From a virus (Duplodnaviria > Caudoviricetes), in IMG/VR virus record IMGVR_UViG_3300028603_000034, positions 1-64,000 of that record: a stretch of 64,000 nucleotides of DNA; one strand, given 5' to 3'. Each line of letters opens with the position of its first letter. Within the stretch, counting starts at the first letter, position 1. The translations under genes and the position numbers were made by a program. This document shows positions 18,216 through 28,432 of the stretch, piece by piece. The notes under the pieces are model-generated. The model saw only the letters and a program-made list of their open reading frames with translations, was not told where the DNA came from and searched no databases.

Positions 18216-19214
18216 TCATTTTTCATTTTTATTCTCCAAAAATATATGTGCCAATTGACCACAACATAAGCCCGCTTCTTCACATTTAGCAATAGCATCT
18301 ATTACTGTTGGAACTCCAATTTTATTAAAGTCGTTTCCTATTTTTTCTAATTCTTCATAATTAGTATAGTTTGCTAAAGTTTCTAAGTGTTTTGTTTGAG
18401 ATTTAATTGTATTATTAAGAGGAATTAATTTAACTTTAAATTTATCACCAGTTAGTCCCATTTTAGCAAGCTTATTAATATCTATTTCAATTCCTTTCAT
18501 AACAATAAAATTTAATGTTATTGTTCTGTTTGAAACATCTTTTTTGTTAATATACGAAACTATTTCTTCAATGGATAAAACATCAGCACCACCAAATAGT
18601 TGTTTTCTCATTATTTCATCTGTAGAATTACAAGAAATTTGAAAATGAAGAAATCCATCAAAAAAGTTTTCTTTAACGTCTATAATTTTGTCAATAATAT
18701 CAAATCCATTATTTCCTTCAATCTTTCTTGGAAGTATACTATTAAAGCATGGCAACCATTTAAAATCTCGATTCATTTCTTTAGATATATTTTTTAGATT
18801 TTTCATGGCACCAATAACATTTTTAATATTATGAGCTGGTTCTCCCATTCTAGCAAAACCGATTTTAACTTTATTTGACTTTGTAACATAAGGAGTATAT
18901 TGTAAAATTCTTTTGACTTGCGTTTCTATTTCATCTTGTGTTAAATTACCTTTAAATTTTAATTGAGTAACATCACAAAAATGACATTGATGGGCACATC
19001 CTTTTTGAGTAGAAACTGTAATTAGCCATTTATCTTCATATGGTTTTAAATGATTCCAAATAACATGAGGGTCTTGCGAATTACGAACGTCATAATGATT
19101 ATCGCCTTTTACATTCACATCTCTCATTTCAGTGCATTCTATTGGAAAACCATCTTCAGTTTCCAATAGAAACACACGACCACTTGGTAAATAAAAAGAA
19201 TTTTTAAATATCAT
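18216..19214 (-). CDS. RlmN/Cfr-like radical SAM RNA methyltransferase
   Basis: VSTQKGCAHQCHFC (CX3CX2C), GNLT..EI..QV, MGEP, VKLIPLN and C-terminal CCGQL. Confidence 0.8.
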   Translation of the reverse strand: MIFKNSFYLPSGRVFLLETEDGFPIECTEMRDVNVKGDNHYDVRNSQDPHVIWNHLKPYEDKWLITVSTQKGCAHQCHFCDVTQLKFKGNLTQDEIETQVKRILQYTPYVTKSNKVKIGFARMGEPAHNIKNVIGAMKNLKNISKEMNRDFKWLPCFNSILPRKIEGNNGFDIIDKIIDVKENFFDGFLHFQISCNSTDEIMRKQLFGGADVLSIEEIVSYINKKDVSNRTITLNFIVMKGIEIDINKLAKMGLTGDKFKVKLIPLNNTIKSQTKHLETLANYTNYEELEKIGNDFNKIGVPTVIDAIAKCEEAGLCCGQLAHIFLENKNEK

Positions 19215-19504
19215 TTGATCCACTCGCTTCTTTTAATTTAGTAAAAATTTCAGTACTAAACCAATCAGAATATTCATCTAAATTATCAGCATTAATAGTT
19301 TTAACTTCAATAATTTCACCACCATGGGTTGAAGTTTGATAAAAACATTTTCATTATAAAAAATTTTGTGTTTTGTTGTTCCATCTGTATGGCTTGACCA
19401 AGACCCAATAAATGTATTTCCAATGGCAGTTTTATACAAATCATTAACATTAACATCTTCATTTAATGAGTATATGGTTTTTTTAAATATTTTTGAAATG
19501 ACAT
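19211..19504 (-). pseudogene. Doubly frameshifted ORF (MSFQKYLKKTIYSLNE...EWIK)
   Basis: Continuous frame restored by +1 base in the T runs at 19478-19484 and 19348-19351; ATGA-coupled to the RlmN-like gene. Confidence 0.6.
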
Positions 19505-19506
19505 AA

Positions 19507-20130
19507 TTAGTCCTCCTTTGTTAAAAAATGGTTCCAAACTTCATTATTTGGCATATAGTAATAATTATAATCTTTTTGTTCAATATAATAATATTTTGAT
19601 TGTTTAATATAGTTTTCCAATTCTATAATTTCAGTAGTTTTATTTCCTAATAACTCTCTAAAGCTTAATTCATATTTATTATTAACTAATTTATTAATAT
19701 GAATGATTTTTTCTTTATTAAGATTCGTAGTAATAACAAAAACCAATCTTATAGGATTGGTTATTTTTTCAATTTCATTAAAACAAGCAATAAATTTATC
19801 ATAATTTAAATGTAACACAAGTTTATTAAAATATTTATATTTGTCCCAATTTGTATTGTCTAAAATTTTTGATGTGTGAATATCTATTTTTCCATTGTAA
19901 ATTTCAAATAATTTTTCAAACCACTTCCAATTTTTTTCTATTTCAAAAAAAGGATCGCCGCCGCCAGAAATACTAATTTTTTCATAATAAGAAACTAATT
20001 TTTTTAAATTCTTCCAATTGCAGTTTTCATAAGATGTAATTATATCTTTTAACGAATGGGGTTTCCATACACAATATTCACAACCCGTATCACAACCAAA
20101 ATTTGTTATAACGGAAAACCCTTTAACCAT
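19507..20130 (-). CDS. Small radical SAM protein
   Basis: NFGCDTGCEYC (CX3CX2C) and ISGGGDP. Confidence 0.85.
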   Translation of the reverse strand: MVKGFSVITNFGCDTGCEYCVWKPHSLKDIITSYENCNWKNLKKLVSYYEKISISGGGDPFFEIEKNWKWFEKLFEIYNGKIDIHTSKILDNTNWDKYKYFNKLVLHLNYDKFIACFNEIEKITNPIRLVFVITTNLNKEKIIHINKLVNNKYELSFRELLGNKTTEIIELENYIKQSKYYYIEQKDYNYYYMPNNEVWNHFLTKED

Positions 20131-20298
20131 TTATCTAACTCTTTCTTTGAAATATATATATACATAATTATTACGATATTCTTTTATTTCTTTTTTGGTT
20201 GTTTTTCCTCACTTAGTCCCCCAAGAAATATCCCACGAACGTTATTTATTAATTAAGGCCTTACTACGTCATCTCCCAAAGAATATGAGCACAGAACC

Positions 20299-20395
20299 AA
20301 TGACGTGATAAGAACCAAAATAAACTTCATACAAACAACCCCTTTCGATTAATGAATAAATTAATTATCTCTCTTACCCAAATGAATAACTTTTA
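20299..20395. repeat. 97-bp direct repeat, copy B (true ligase 3' end; the signal-peptide ORF here stops after 25 aa)
   Basis: See copy A. Confidence 0.92.
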
Positions 20396-21689
20396 CCGTT
20401 GGAAACCTTAATGATTTTTTTCCATTCTTGTCTTCAGTCTCCTCAAAATATTGAACCGTAATTTCATTACCTATAATTTCATTTGGATTTTCATAAAATC
20501 TTTTTCTTTCATCTAGTGAGAATCCAGAACCAATAGACAATCTGTTACCCTTATATTCTACAACAACATTAGTCATTGTTTCTATTTCACACTCTTTACC
20601 ATCTTCTACTACACGATACGGACCAACCTCAATATTCTGCACAACAAATTCCATATCGTTAAATTTCTTAACCTTTAAAAGATTTTTAGTTCTCTTACCC
20701 TCATATGGTGCTTCCAAATTCCTTAACATCAATCCTTCCCATTTTTTATCACTTGCAATTTTTACCCAATTCTCAAAATCTTCTTTAGAAGAAATTACGT
20801 TTTGTGTAACAAGATCAAAATTCTTAGGATTCTTTTCTGCTAATATTTTCAAAAATCCAAAACGAGTCATCCTTTTCATAATAGGAATACAAGAATGTTG
20901 CATATTAAATTCATCAATAAACAAACAATCAAATATTTTATATCTTGGATTAGGAATTGTAAAGTCTTTTCTCTTATATAACTTACTTATTTCTTTAAAA
21001 TCTTCATTACCATTTTCATCTACAATACAAAGTTCTCCATCCAAAACATAATTCACAATTCCTAATTTCTCTATTTTTTCTTTAAGAACTCCAAGTGTAG
21101 TAATCTCCCTACCTTTTCGGGTATAAAATGTTACCTCTCCACCAGAACCTATAACAGTAATACACCTCAACCCGTCAATTTTCTGAGTAACTCCCCATTT
21201 ACCATTGAAGAAATCCATACCTTTTTTATCTTTATAATCATCAAAGTTGTTTGCCAGAGCAACCTTAAATTCTGGAATTAATCCAGTATATACTTTATTA
21301 ACAAGAGAAGAATTAATTCCACACTTCAAATCCTTATCAATTATACGAAAAATAACATCTTCATATTCAGCATTCTTACTAATAAAACTATTTACTGCCC
21401 CAATAGCATCGTGACCTGTAACAATCCTACTTGACAACATATTAAGTAATTCAAAAAAATCATCTGTCAATGGATTGGTTAGATTTGAATTTTTCTTACA
21501 ATTGTCAGATGTTACATTATACCTAACTATATCAGTCAACGCTGCCCGTAACAAATCTTTATTTGTGTCACATTTATGACAATAGAATAAAATTATATCT
21601 TTTTTTTCATTTGTCTTAGATGTATTTTCCAATGCATCTAACATCATTTTAAATTCTTTAAACATGTGAACTCCTTTGATTATAATCAA
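20361..21689 (-). CDS. ATP-dependent DNA ligase
   Basis: QKIDGLRC (KxDG), LDGEL, EGLMLR, LLKVK, IGSGFS and SLRFP. Confidence 0.93.
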   Translation of the reverse strand: MIIIKGVHMFKEFKMMLDALENTSKTNEKKDIILFYCHKCDTNKDLLRAALTDIVRYNVTSDNCKKNSNLTNPLTDDFFELLNMLSSRIVTGHDAIGAVNSFISKNAEYEDVIFRIIDKDLKCGINSSLVNKVYTGLIPEFKVALANNFDDYKDKKGMDFFNGKWGVTQKIDGLRCITVIGSGGEVTFYTRKGREITTLGVLKEKIEKLGIVNYVLDGELCIVDENGNEDFKEISKLYKRKDFTIPNPRYKIFDCLFIDEFNMQHSCIPIMKRMTRFGFLKILAEKNPKNFDLVTQNVISSKEDFENWVKIASDKKWEGLMLRNLEAPYEGKRTKNLLKVKKFNDMEFVVQNIEVGPYRVVEDGKECEIETMTNVVVEYKGNRLSIGSGFSLDERKRFYENPNEIIGNEITVQYFEETEDKNGKKSLRFPTVKVIHLGKRDN

Positions 21690-22581
21690 GAAAGAGGGGT
21701 TTAAATCCCACCATTATATTCTTTTTAACCCAATTATATGCTTTTACCTTTTTACCAGCATCTGGACCAAACAATCCATTATAATCATCTGATTTTTCAG
21801 TATGATCAAGATATTCATAATATCCATTAATGATATCAAGTGCGGATTCACCACTATTACCGTTACCATTAGTAATGAGATATTCTACTTTATCTCTTTC
21901 ATTCACAGATTTCTTACTAACACATTCGATTAAAAAATCTTCAATCTGTTGTGCTGTTATTCTAACATTTGAAAGTTTCCTTACATTCTCAACATATTTG
22001 GCATACACATCTTCAAATATTGTCATATTTTTTATAATTTCATTGAATCTACCATTAGCAGCAAGTGTATGTCTAATGTTGAATGAATTTTCCTTATCAG
22101 GAACTAACCCAACCATACCATTAGTACATATAAGTCTAACAATGTTAAGGGTAGCAGACAATCCAATTTTACCATTATGACCATTTCTAATAACAATTTC
22201 CTTTGCTATATCTTCCTCTTTTTTATTAATTTTGAGAGAAGTATTAACACCAGCAGTCATAATATATTCTTCACCATCATTCACAATATTAATAGATTTG
22301 GGTTTAAGTTTCAATTCAGAAAGTATTGTTTCAAACAAAGAAAATACGATATCATTCTGAACAATACCGTATTTGGGGGTAGTTATACCATAGTGTTTTC
22401 CATTATTGGAATTATACACAGCACAAGCATTTGGGATATCCATACTAGTACTATTATTACTGATGAAGCTTTTCTCAACAACACAATTCAGAGGACTTGA
22501 TACAAAGACGTCCTTTATAGATTTTTCATTAGAAATATCAATTTTTTCTACTTTTTTGAATCTACTGGTTGAATAAGACAT
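21658..22581 (-). CDS. DUF932 family protein
   Basis: YGIVQN...F, RNGHNG and RLICTNG motifs. Confidence 0.8.
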   Translation of the reverse strand: MSYSTSRFKKVEKIDISNEKSIKDVFVSSPLNCVVEKSFISNNSTSMDIPNACAVYNSNNGKHYGITTPKYGIVQNDIVFSLFETILSELKLKPKSINIVNDGEEYIMTAGVNTSLKINKKEEDIAKEIVIRNGHNGKIGLSATLNIVRLICTNGMVGLVPDKENSFNIRHTLAANGRFNEIIKNMTIFEDVYAKYVENVRKLSNVRITAQQIEDFLIECVSKKSVNERDKVEYLITNGNGNSGESALDIINGYYEYLDHTEKSDDYNGLFGPDAGKKVKAYNWVKKNIMVGFKPLFLDYNQRSSHV

Positions 22582-22628
22582 TTTAAAACTCCTATGATTA
22601 GGGATTGTTGAATTATTTTGATATTACT

Positions 22629-22657
22629 AATATAATATATGGAAATATCGAAGTCAA
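22629..22657 (-). promoter_or_regulatory. Early promoter TTGACT-N17-TATATT
   Basis: Exact consensus copy. Confidence 0.8.
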
Positions 22658-22683
22658 GCATTATTTTTAATTTTTATTTTTCC

Positions 22684-22846
22684 TCATAAAGTATCTAAGA
22701 AAAAACAAGAATATCCATTTTCATAATCCTCTTCACCTAAACAATCAACAAAAGTCCGATTTGCAGTAAGGACATACTACACCATAGCAACAATATACTA
22801 TTTGAATTTGAATTTCTACATTGCAAATCGGACATTCTAATTCCAT
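22684..22846 (-). pseudogene. Frameshifted zinc-ribbon ORF (MELECPIC...CPYCKSDF)
   Basis: Frame continues to a plausible end if one base is removed from the A run at 22750-22753. Confidence 0.5.
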
Positions 22847-22858
22847 TATATTCCCCAA

Positions 22859-23857
22859 TCAAAAAATTTTATCAATAACAGATATTAAATATGTTGATGT
22901 AAATTCTTCTTGTGATATATTAGATTTTCTAATATTATTGATCAATTGAGAAAAATATACCGTATCAACCCCAATCAATTGATCTTCTAAAACATCAATA
23001 TCCATCAAATTTAGTTCCGATACCTGTAAACAGATTTTCAATATCTGACCAGCATTTATTCTCCAACCCCGTGATATGAATTTTCTAAGTCTAAACAAAG
23101 AACAAACAGGATATTTACTTCCTGTATAAATTAAAGTCTTATTAATAACACATTCATATACATCCTTTGGAATTTACAATTGATTTTTACCAACATCATA
23201 ATATGCTTTAGTATGTACAAAATCATAAGTATCGTGAATCTCTGATGGACTTCCATAAAATCTAACAATAATTTGTATATCATCACTTAATGTAATAGCA
23301 TTTGATGATATAAACACAGGTGAATATTTCTGTTCTCCATCATTAGTAATAATCGTTTCAACATCAGACGATGATATTTTATCTAGTGAAGATATTATTT
23401 CATTAAAATCCAATTTAGTTGTTTCTTCGGCAGAAATGATACCATCAGAGGGAATAACCAATTTGACTCTATTAGGACTTGTCTTTCTTACAATTCCTGC
23501 CTGATGGTCATATAATTGTTCTTTTGTTGTTACACCATAATATTCTAACAACTCTTTCGATGGATTATCACCATCAAATACAAAAACTTTACTAGGAACA
23601 CCTCTTCCATTCATTTGATCTTTATGTAAATTATTCCAAACATTAGCATAATATTGTGCTACTTTTATAACAGTTTCTTTTGTTCTAAAATAGCAATCAT
23701 AATCATTTACTTTTTCGTTTAGTATCATTGAAGTAAAACAACCACCTGTAACAATCAAATCTTTTTTGATTGCTTGTACTACTTCATTATCGGTTATAGT
23801 ATTCAACCAGTCTTTAACTTTCCTATCAATTGATTCTTTCATATTTTTTTCTAACAT
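22859..23857 (-). pseudogene. Nucleotidyltransferase-like jumbo-phage protein interrupted by one in-frame TAA
   Basis: GGCFTS...DYDCYF and YDFVHTK...then TAA (23174-23176) then IPKDVYE...GSKYPVCSLFRLRKFISRGW in the same frame; the two tracked ORFs are one gene. Confidence 0.8.
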
Positions 23858-23905
23858 TCTATTCTCCTAATTTATGTGTTAATGGTTCTACCTTCTATTA
23901 TATAA

Positions 23906-24271
23906 TCATCGATTCTCGTTATGGTAATATCTTTTCTTCTTTGCTCTTTTCTTTGCTAATCTCTGATGTAATGGTAAAAGATGAGAGGGACAACAAATTT
24001 CACATATATGATTATTATACCAATTATCTTCAATTCGTGAATCGTGAATATATGCGTGTCGATCAGTAATAGGTAGTATAATAATAGGAAATGTTATTTT
24101 TTTATTTTTCAATAGATAATTAAGATTCTCTACATTAAAATTAACAATTCTATATTCCTTGTCCTTTGCATGGAGAGAAAAACAATTTCCACGTTTAGAA
24201 GGATATGATTCAATAGTATAACCAACTAAGGTCTGTCTACCAATACTAGTAGCTCTCTTTAATGTATACAT
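23906..24271 (-). CDS. Hypothetical protein
   Basis: 121-aa ORF with AAGGAG RBS. Confidence 0.6.
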   Translation of the reverse strand: MYTLKRATSIGRQTLVGYTIESYPSKRGNCFSLHAKDKEYRIVNFNVENLNYLLKNKKITFPIIILPITDRHAYIHDSRIEDNWYNNHICEICCPSHLLPLHQRLAKKRAKKKRYYHNENR

Positions 24272-24390
24272 ATAATCTCCTTTAATTATTTACTATTAAT
24301 AATACTTTGTATGTTTCTATAAGTTTCAATATTTCTATTACTCAATTCTTTAAGATCACCAGGTTCTTCAATTCGATTTAACCATTCTGA

Positions 24391-24993
24391 TTATTCGAAA
24401 CAATGTTTTAAAACTAATTTTTTATATAATCTTGGAGTTTTTGAATAGTCATTTAACCAATAATTTGGCATAATATCTATTATTTCATCAACGGTATATG
24501 GAGCTTTATCATACCATTGTCTTTTTTCTTTAAGGATATTATAGAAAAGAACATATGAATTTGCACATTTTATGTAGTGTTCAGTGTCAATATTTAATTT
24601 AAATTTTTTAATCATTTCAACGGATCGTTTCTCACAATCCAATTCTAAAGTTATTAGGGATGCAATACCCTTATTAACTTTTCGTGTGTTTACTGTATTG
24701 TCAGATAACCAATGATCAAAAAATACATCATCACAATTTAACCATTCTTTAGATTGTTCTTTCCATTGTAAAAAATGATTGTATTCGTGTATAAAAATAG
24801 GAAACCATTCTTTTTGTGGTTTTCCTACAGCAACAGCAAATTCTTTAGGATTATCACAAAAAAATCCACTTGAATAATCATTACTATTTTCAGAAAACAA
24901 TACAGTTTTTGTATTGGATAATTTGATGCTTACATTAGATGATATTAATTCAATCAAACAATCAGAAATAAAGTCTTTTGTTTTTTTATCCAT
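24391..24993 (-). CDS. HExxH metallopeptidase-like protein
   Basis: IFIHEYNHFLQW and LELDCEKR; RBS; promoter directly upstream. Confidence 0.65.
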   Translation of the reverse strand: MDKKTKDFISDCLIELISSNVSIKLSNTKTVLFSENSNDYSSGFFCDNPKEFAVAVGKPQKEWFPIFIHEYNHFLQWKEQSKEWLNCDDVFFDHWLSDNTVNTRKVNKGIASLITLELDCEKRSVEMIKKFKLNIDTEHYIKCANSYVLFYNILKEKRQWYDKAPYTVDEIIDIMPNYWLNDYSKTPRLYKKLVLKHCFE

Positions 24994-25024
24994 ATAATCC
25001 CCTCATAATTCCAAATATATCACT

Positions 25025-25053
25025 AATATAATTAATGGAAATAGTAGAGTCAA
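25025..25053 (-). promoter_or_regulatory. Early promoter TTGACT-N17-TATATT
   Basis: Exact consensus; a TTGATT variant lies at 25121-25149. Confidence 0.8.
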
Positions 25054-25266
25054 ACATTATTTTATTTTTTTTAAAATTCTATAAATGAAGTAAGTTCGTT
25101 CTTTTTAAGAGATCATTTATAATATAGTAAATTCTAATAACAAAATCAATATTTTTAAGAATTATATAAATAATAATATTGTTGAGGACAACACCGGCCA
25201 GTGCTTCTATGCTATTCCATAGATTACTCAACAATATTCAATCTTAACTCGAATAGGAGTCATATA

Positions 25267-25797
25267 ATGAAATCCCACAAAACAGAACAATTTATAAAAA
25301 AAGCAAATAAAATACATAATAACAAATATGATTATTCTTTAGTAGATTATATTGATTGTAAAACCAAAGTAAAAATTATTTGTCCTATTCACGGAGTATT
25401 TGAACAAAATCCATACACCCATTATAAACGTAAATGTGGTTGTCCTAACTGTCGATCGTCCAAAGGTGAATTAAAAGTTCAAAAATACTTAAAGAAAAAT
25501 AAAATTTCTTTTATTCGTGAAAAAACCTTTGATGATTGTAGACATCTTCTTCCATTACCTTTTGATTTTTATTTACCAGATCATAATATCTGTATTGAAT
25601 ATGATGGTGAACAACATTTTAAAGAAATAAAAAGTTGGGGAGGTAATGAGTATCTTGAAAAAATTAAAAAGAGAGATAAAATAAAAACTAAATTTTGTAA
25701 AGATAATAATATCCCATTAATCCGAATTTCATACAAAGAACAAAATGATATCATAAAAATTTTAAATGAAAAATTAAAAGTCAATAAAAGAATCTAA
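25267..25797 (+). CDS. Free-standing homing endonuclease-like protein (DUF723-like N-terminus, PD-(D/E)xK/Vsr-like C-terminus)
   Basis: HNNKYDYSLVDY...KVKIICPIHG.F.Q...H...GCPNC..SKGE; LPFDFYLP...IEYDGEQH; opposite strand to neighbours. Confidence 0.8.
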   Translation: MKSHKTEQFIKKANKIHNNKYDYSLVDYIDCKTKVKIICPIHGVFEQNPYTHYKRKCGCPNCRSSKGELKVQKYLKKNKISFIREKTFDDCRHLLPLPFDFYLPDHNICIEYDGEQHFKEIKSWGGNEYLEKIKKRDKIKTKFCKDNNIPLIRISYKEQNDIIKILNEKLKVNKRI

Positions 25798-26910
25798 TTC
25801 ATTTTTCTTAACCAGACTATCAATATCTAATGGTATTTTGTCTGTTTTCTGCCATATCCATACTGGTTCACAAAATGTTCCATCCCCGTCAGACTTAGAT
25901 AATGGTCTCTTTGCCATTTTATATCCTAAACAACCAACATATTTAGCATTAGATAACCCAGAAATATAATCATTCATCGGGTCACAAATAATTTTCACAC
26001 CAGCATTGTATACATCAGAAATATTAATTGCTACAATTCCACCATTTTTAACATTATCCCAAAAATTACCTATTGATCTATGTAAAAAATTTTTATTCCA
26101 ATCTTCCAATTTTTTATATCTAACCCAAGATTGTGTATCATCATACGAATATTTTTCTGTAGAAAAATATGGAGGGGAAGTCATAACAAAATCATATTGT
26201 CTGTTACCGTGATCAAAATCTTCAGCACAAGAAACATTGATATCTAATCTTTTATTATAAACATTAAAATTATCTATTATCTTTTGATACCCTTTATGAG
26301 TTTCTGTATTTGGATCGATTCCTGTATATGATTTTAAATTTGGAGTCGCAAGAGCACCTACAAGTCTATCACCCCATCCCATACTAAAATCCAATACATC
26401 TTCAACTTCAAAAAGTTCATATAGACATTTTGCAATAGCAGGTTTAAATTGAGAAGCAACCATTTTTCTCATTGTAATACAAGTCTTTAATGTTTTATCC
26501 GATACTTCTGTTAATTTTAAAGAAAATAAAGCACCCAACGCAGATCGAATAAATTTATCCGAATTCCAAGTTTTCATAGGACCTGGACCTACCCGACCAT
26601 CACATAACATTCTAGCATCGTGTGTAAAATGACCCGAGGCTTTTAATCCATCATTTACAGTTTCGATATATAAATCTACTTTGGGATATCGATATTCATA
26701 TCGAGAAAACCATTCACCATTAATGACATTATCAATATAAGTACGAGATTTTAGAATATTAAAATCTACATTTGCATCATCCATTGTTGGAGAAAATATT
26801 GGAAGAGGAGCATTAAGACTTCTAAGTTTTTGAGTAATAATAGTCTTAATCTCTTCTTTGGAATATTTTCTTTTCAATTCAAAAAATTCTTCTTCATTAA
26901 AATAAACCAT
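25774..26910 (-). CDS. Amino-DNA methyltransferase (N6-adenine/N4-cytosine type)
   Basis: SAM motif LDFSMGWGDRL, GIDPN, catalytic TSPPYF. Confidence 0.85.
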   Translation of the reverse strand: MVYFNEEEFFELKRKYSKEEIKTIITQKLRSLNAPLPIFSPTMDDANVDFNILKSRTYIDNVINGEWFSRYEYRYPKVDLYIETVNDGLKASGHFTHDARMLCDGRVGPGPMKTWNSDKFIRSALGALFSLKLTEVSDKTLKTCITMRKMVASQFKPAIAKCLYELFEVEDVLDFSMGWGDRLVGALATPNLKSYTGIDPNTETHKGYQKIIDNFNVYNKRLDINVSCAEDFDHGNRQYDFVMTSPPYFSTEKYSYDDTQSWVRYKKLEDWNKNFLHRSIGNFWDNVKNGGIVAINISDVYNAGVKIICDPMNDYISGLSNAKYVGCLGYKMAKRPLSKSDGDGTFCEPVWIWQKTDKIPLDIDSLVKKNELDSFIDF

Positions 26911-27024
26911 TATATAAACATCTCCAAATTTTCACAATGTTCAAAAATATCTTTAATTTTTTTAGGTTTTATTTTTAAATATGATATTACAACAACTAAA
27001 CAAACAACAAGTAGTGAAACAATT

Positions 27025-27264
27025 TTAATTGCTTTCATTTTCAATCTCCTGAATTTCTGAATTGAATTTTTCGTTAAATTTTCTTTCTGCAATAGTAATT
27101 TTTTCTTTTTGTTTTAGATATTTATTCCTTCTTGGATTTCTGCACATATAACAAGAACATCTTTTTGGATTATTAACCAAATCAGATTCATTCCGTGGAT
27201 GGTTTTTTCTTTTCTTTAAAATCCTATCCTTCTGAGCAAGTCTATAAGCACGTCCTCTAACCAT
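27025..27264 (-). CDS. Small basic protein with CSCYMC motif
   Basis: KRCSCYMCRNPRR pattern. Confidence 0.55.
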   Translation of the reverse strand: MVRGRAYRLAQKDRILKKRKNHPRNESDLVNNPKRCSCYMCRNPRRNKYLKQKEKITIAERKFNEKFNSEIQEIENESN

Positions 27265-27455
27265 AATTATGTCCTTTTCTTAAAGATCGCCTTACCTTCA
27301 TTAATATGAAGATACGTCGTTAATATCATAATAGGGCCTAAAATAGCAGCAACAAGCAATAAAAACAATTCATCTATCATCAAATCGTATTTTTTGTCCA
27401 AAAATAAACAAAACCAACATACCAAATAATGCCCATAAAATACCAACTAACCAAG

Positions 27456-27659
27456 TCACAACAATCCACCCCCTCTTAAACATTCTCTAATTATCATTTT
27501 ATCCCGTTTATCTTGTTCTTTAAAAGACTCATATTCTTTTATCTTATTAAATAAATAATCATTCAATTCCAATTGTTTTTTATTATACATTATTTGGAAT
27601 ACACAAAATATAATTAATAGCATATTTACAAACAACAAAACAATCAATAATATCAACAT
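27456..27659 (-). CDS. Small membrane protein
   Basis: N-terminal hydrophobic helix. Confidence 0.55.
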   Translation of the reverse strand: MLILLIVLLFVNMLLIIFCVFQIMYNKKQLELNDYLFNKIKEYESFKEQDKRDKMIIRECLRGGGLL

Positions 27660-27670
27660 ACAACCTCATA

Positions 27671-27934
27671 TTAATCAAATTTTTTAGGAGTTAAAGTAAA
27701 AAAAGTATTATTCTTTACTGTTATAGTGTTTCCTATTTTAGTTTGTTTTTCTAATTCTTCTTGTTCTTTTTTCTTTTTATCTGATATATATTCATAAAAA
27801 TCTATTTTTGAATTTGTATTACCCATAACTTCATTACAACTTAAACAAGTAACACATCCACTTTTACTATCAATAGACACATTAAAAGATTTACATTTAG
27901 AACATATTAAAACATCCATTATTCGGCCTCCCAT
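27671..27934 (-). CDS. Zinc-ribbon protein
   Basis: CSKC...CLSC. Confidence 0.55.
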   Translation of the reverse strand: MGGRIMDVLICSKCKSFNVSIDSKSGCVTCLSCNEVMGNTNSKIDFYEYISDKKKKEQEELEKQTKIGNTITVKNNTFFTLTPKKFD

Positions 27935-28155
27935 AGTTCAAACACAGAAAAGAACGATTGATCTTCATCTTGATATTCGATGTCAATTCTGTATATTATC
28001 TTTTTTTTGATATTTCCAACCATTTCAAGAACAGATACTTTCGTCGAAACAACTGGTTTTTCTTCATTATATTGCATCTTAGGTAATCGTAATACTTTTG
28101 AAAATACTTCATCCCAATGTTTATGATTCATAGGATCAATTATTCTTCTTATCAT
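27919..28155 (-). CDS. Hypothetical protein
   Basis: 78-aa ORF directly after a promoter. Confidence 0.55.
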   Translation of the reverse strand: MIRRIIDPMNHKHWDEVFSKVLRLPKMQYNEEKPVVSTKVSVLEMVGNIKKKIIYRIDIEYQDEDQSFFSVFELWEAE

Positions 28156-28184
28156 AATATAAAATACTCAATTTTAAAAGTCAA
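28156..28184 (-). promoter_or_regulatory. Early promoter TTGACT-N17-TATATT
   Basis: Exact consensus copy. Confidence 0.75.
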
Positions 28185-28189
28185 ACAAA

Positions 28190-28432
28190 TTATTCAAATG
28201 GTGTTAATTTTCCTTTTTTTATCTTCTTATCCTTATTTTTAACTGCTTCCATTTTACCCATCCTTAACCATTTCAATCCTTCTTCTATTGAAGTACAATA
28301 GAATGGACATTCCTTACTATTAGGTTTTAATTTTGGTATCATTGGAGGAACATAATCAGAACACACACCACTTCTACCTTTTTTCTCATAACATAAACAA
28401 TCTTTTATATTACATTTAATATCATCCATCAA
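28190..28432 (-). CDS. Cys-rich small protein
   Basis: 80-aa ORF in a coupled gene run. Confidence 0.55.
   Translation of the reverse strand: MMDDIKCNIKDCLCYEKKGRSGVCSDYVPPMIPKLKPNSKECPFYCTSIEEGLKWLRMGKMEAVKNKDKKIKKGKLTPFE

Noticed and set aside
23174-23176. Genome-wide stop-codon reassignment
   Set aside because: Long genes end normally at TAA, TAG and TGA and are uninterrupted; only isolated TAA interruptions are seen
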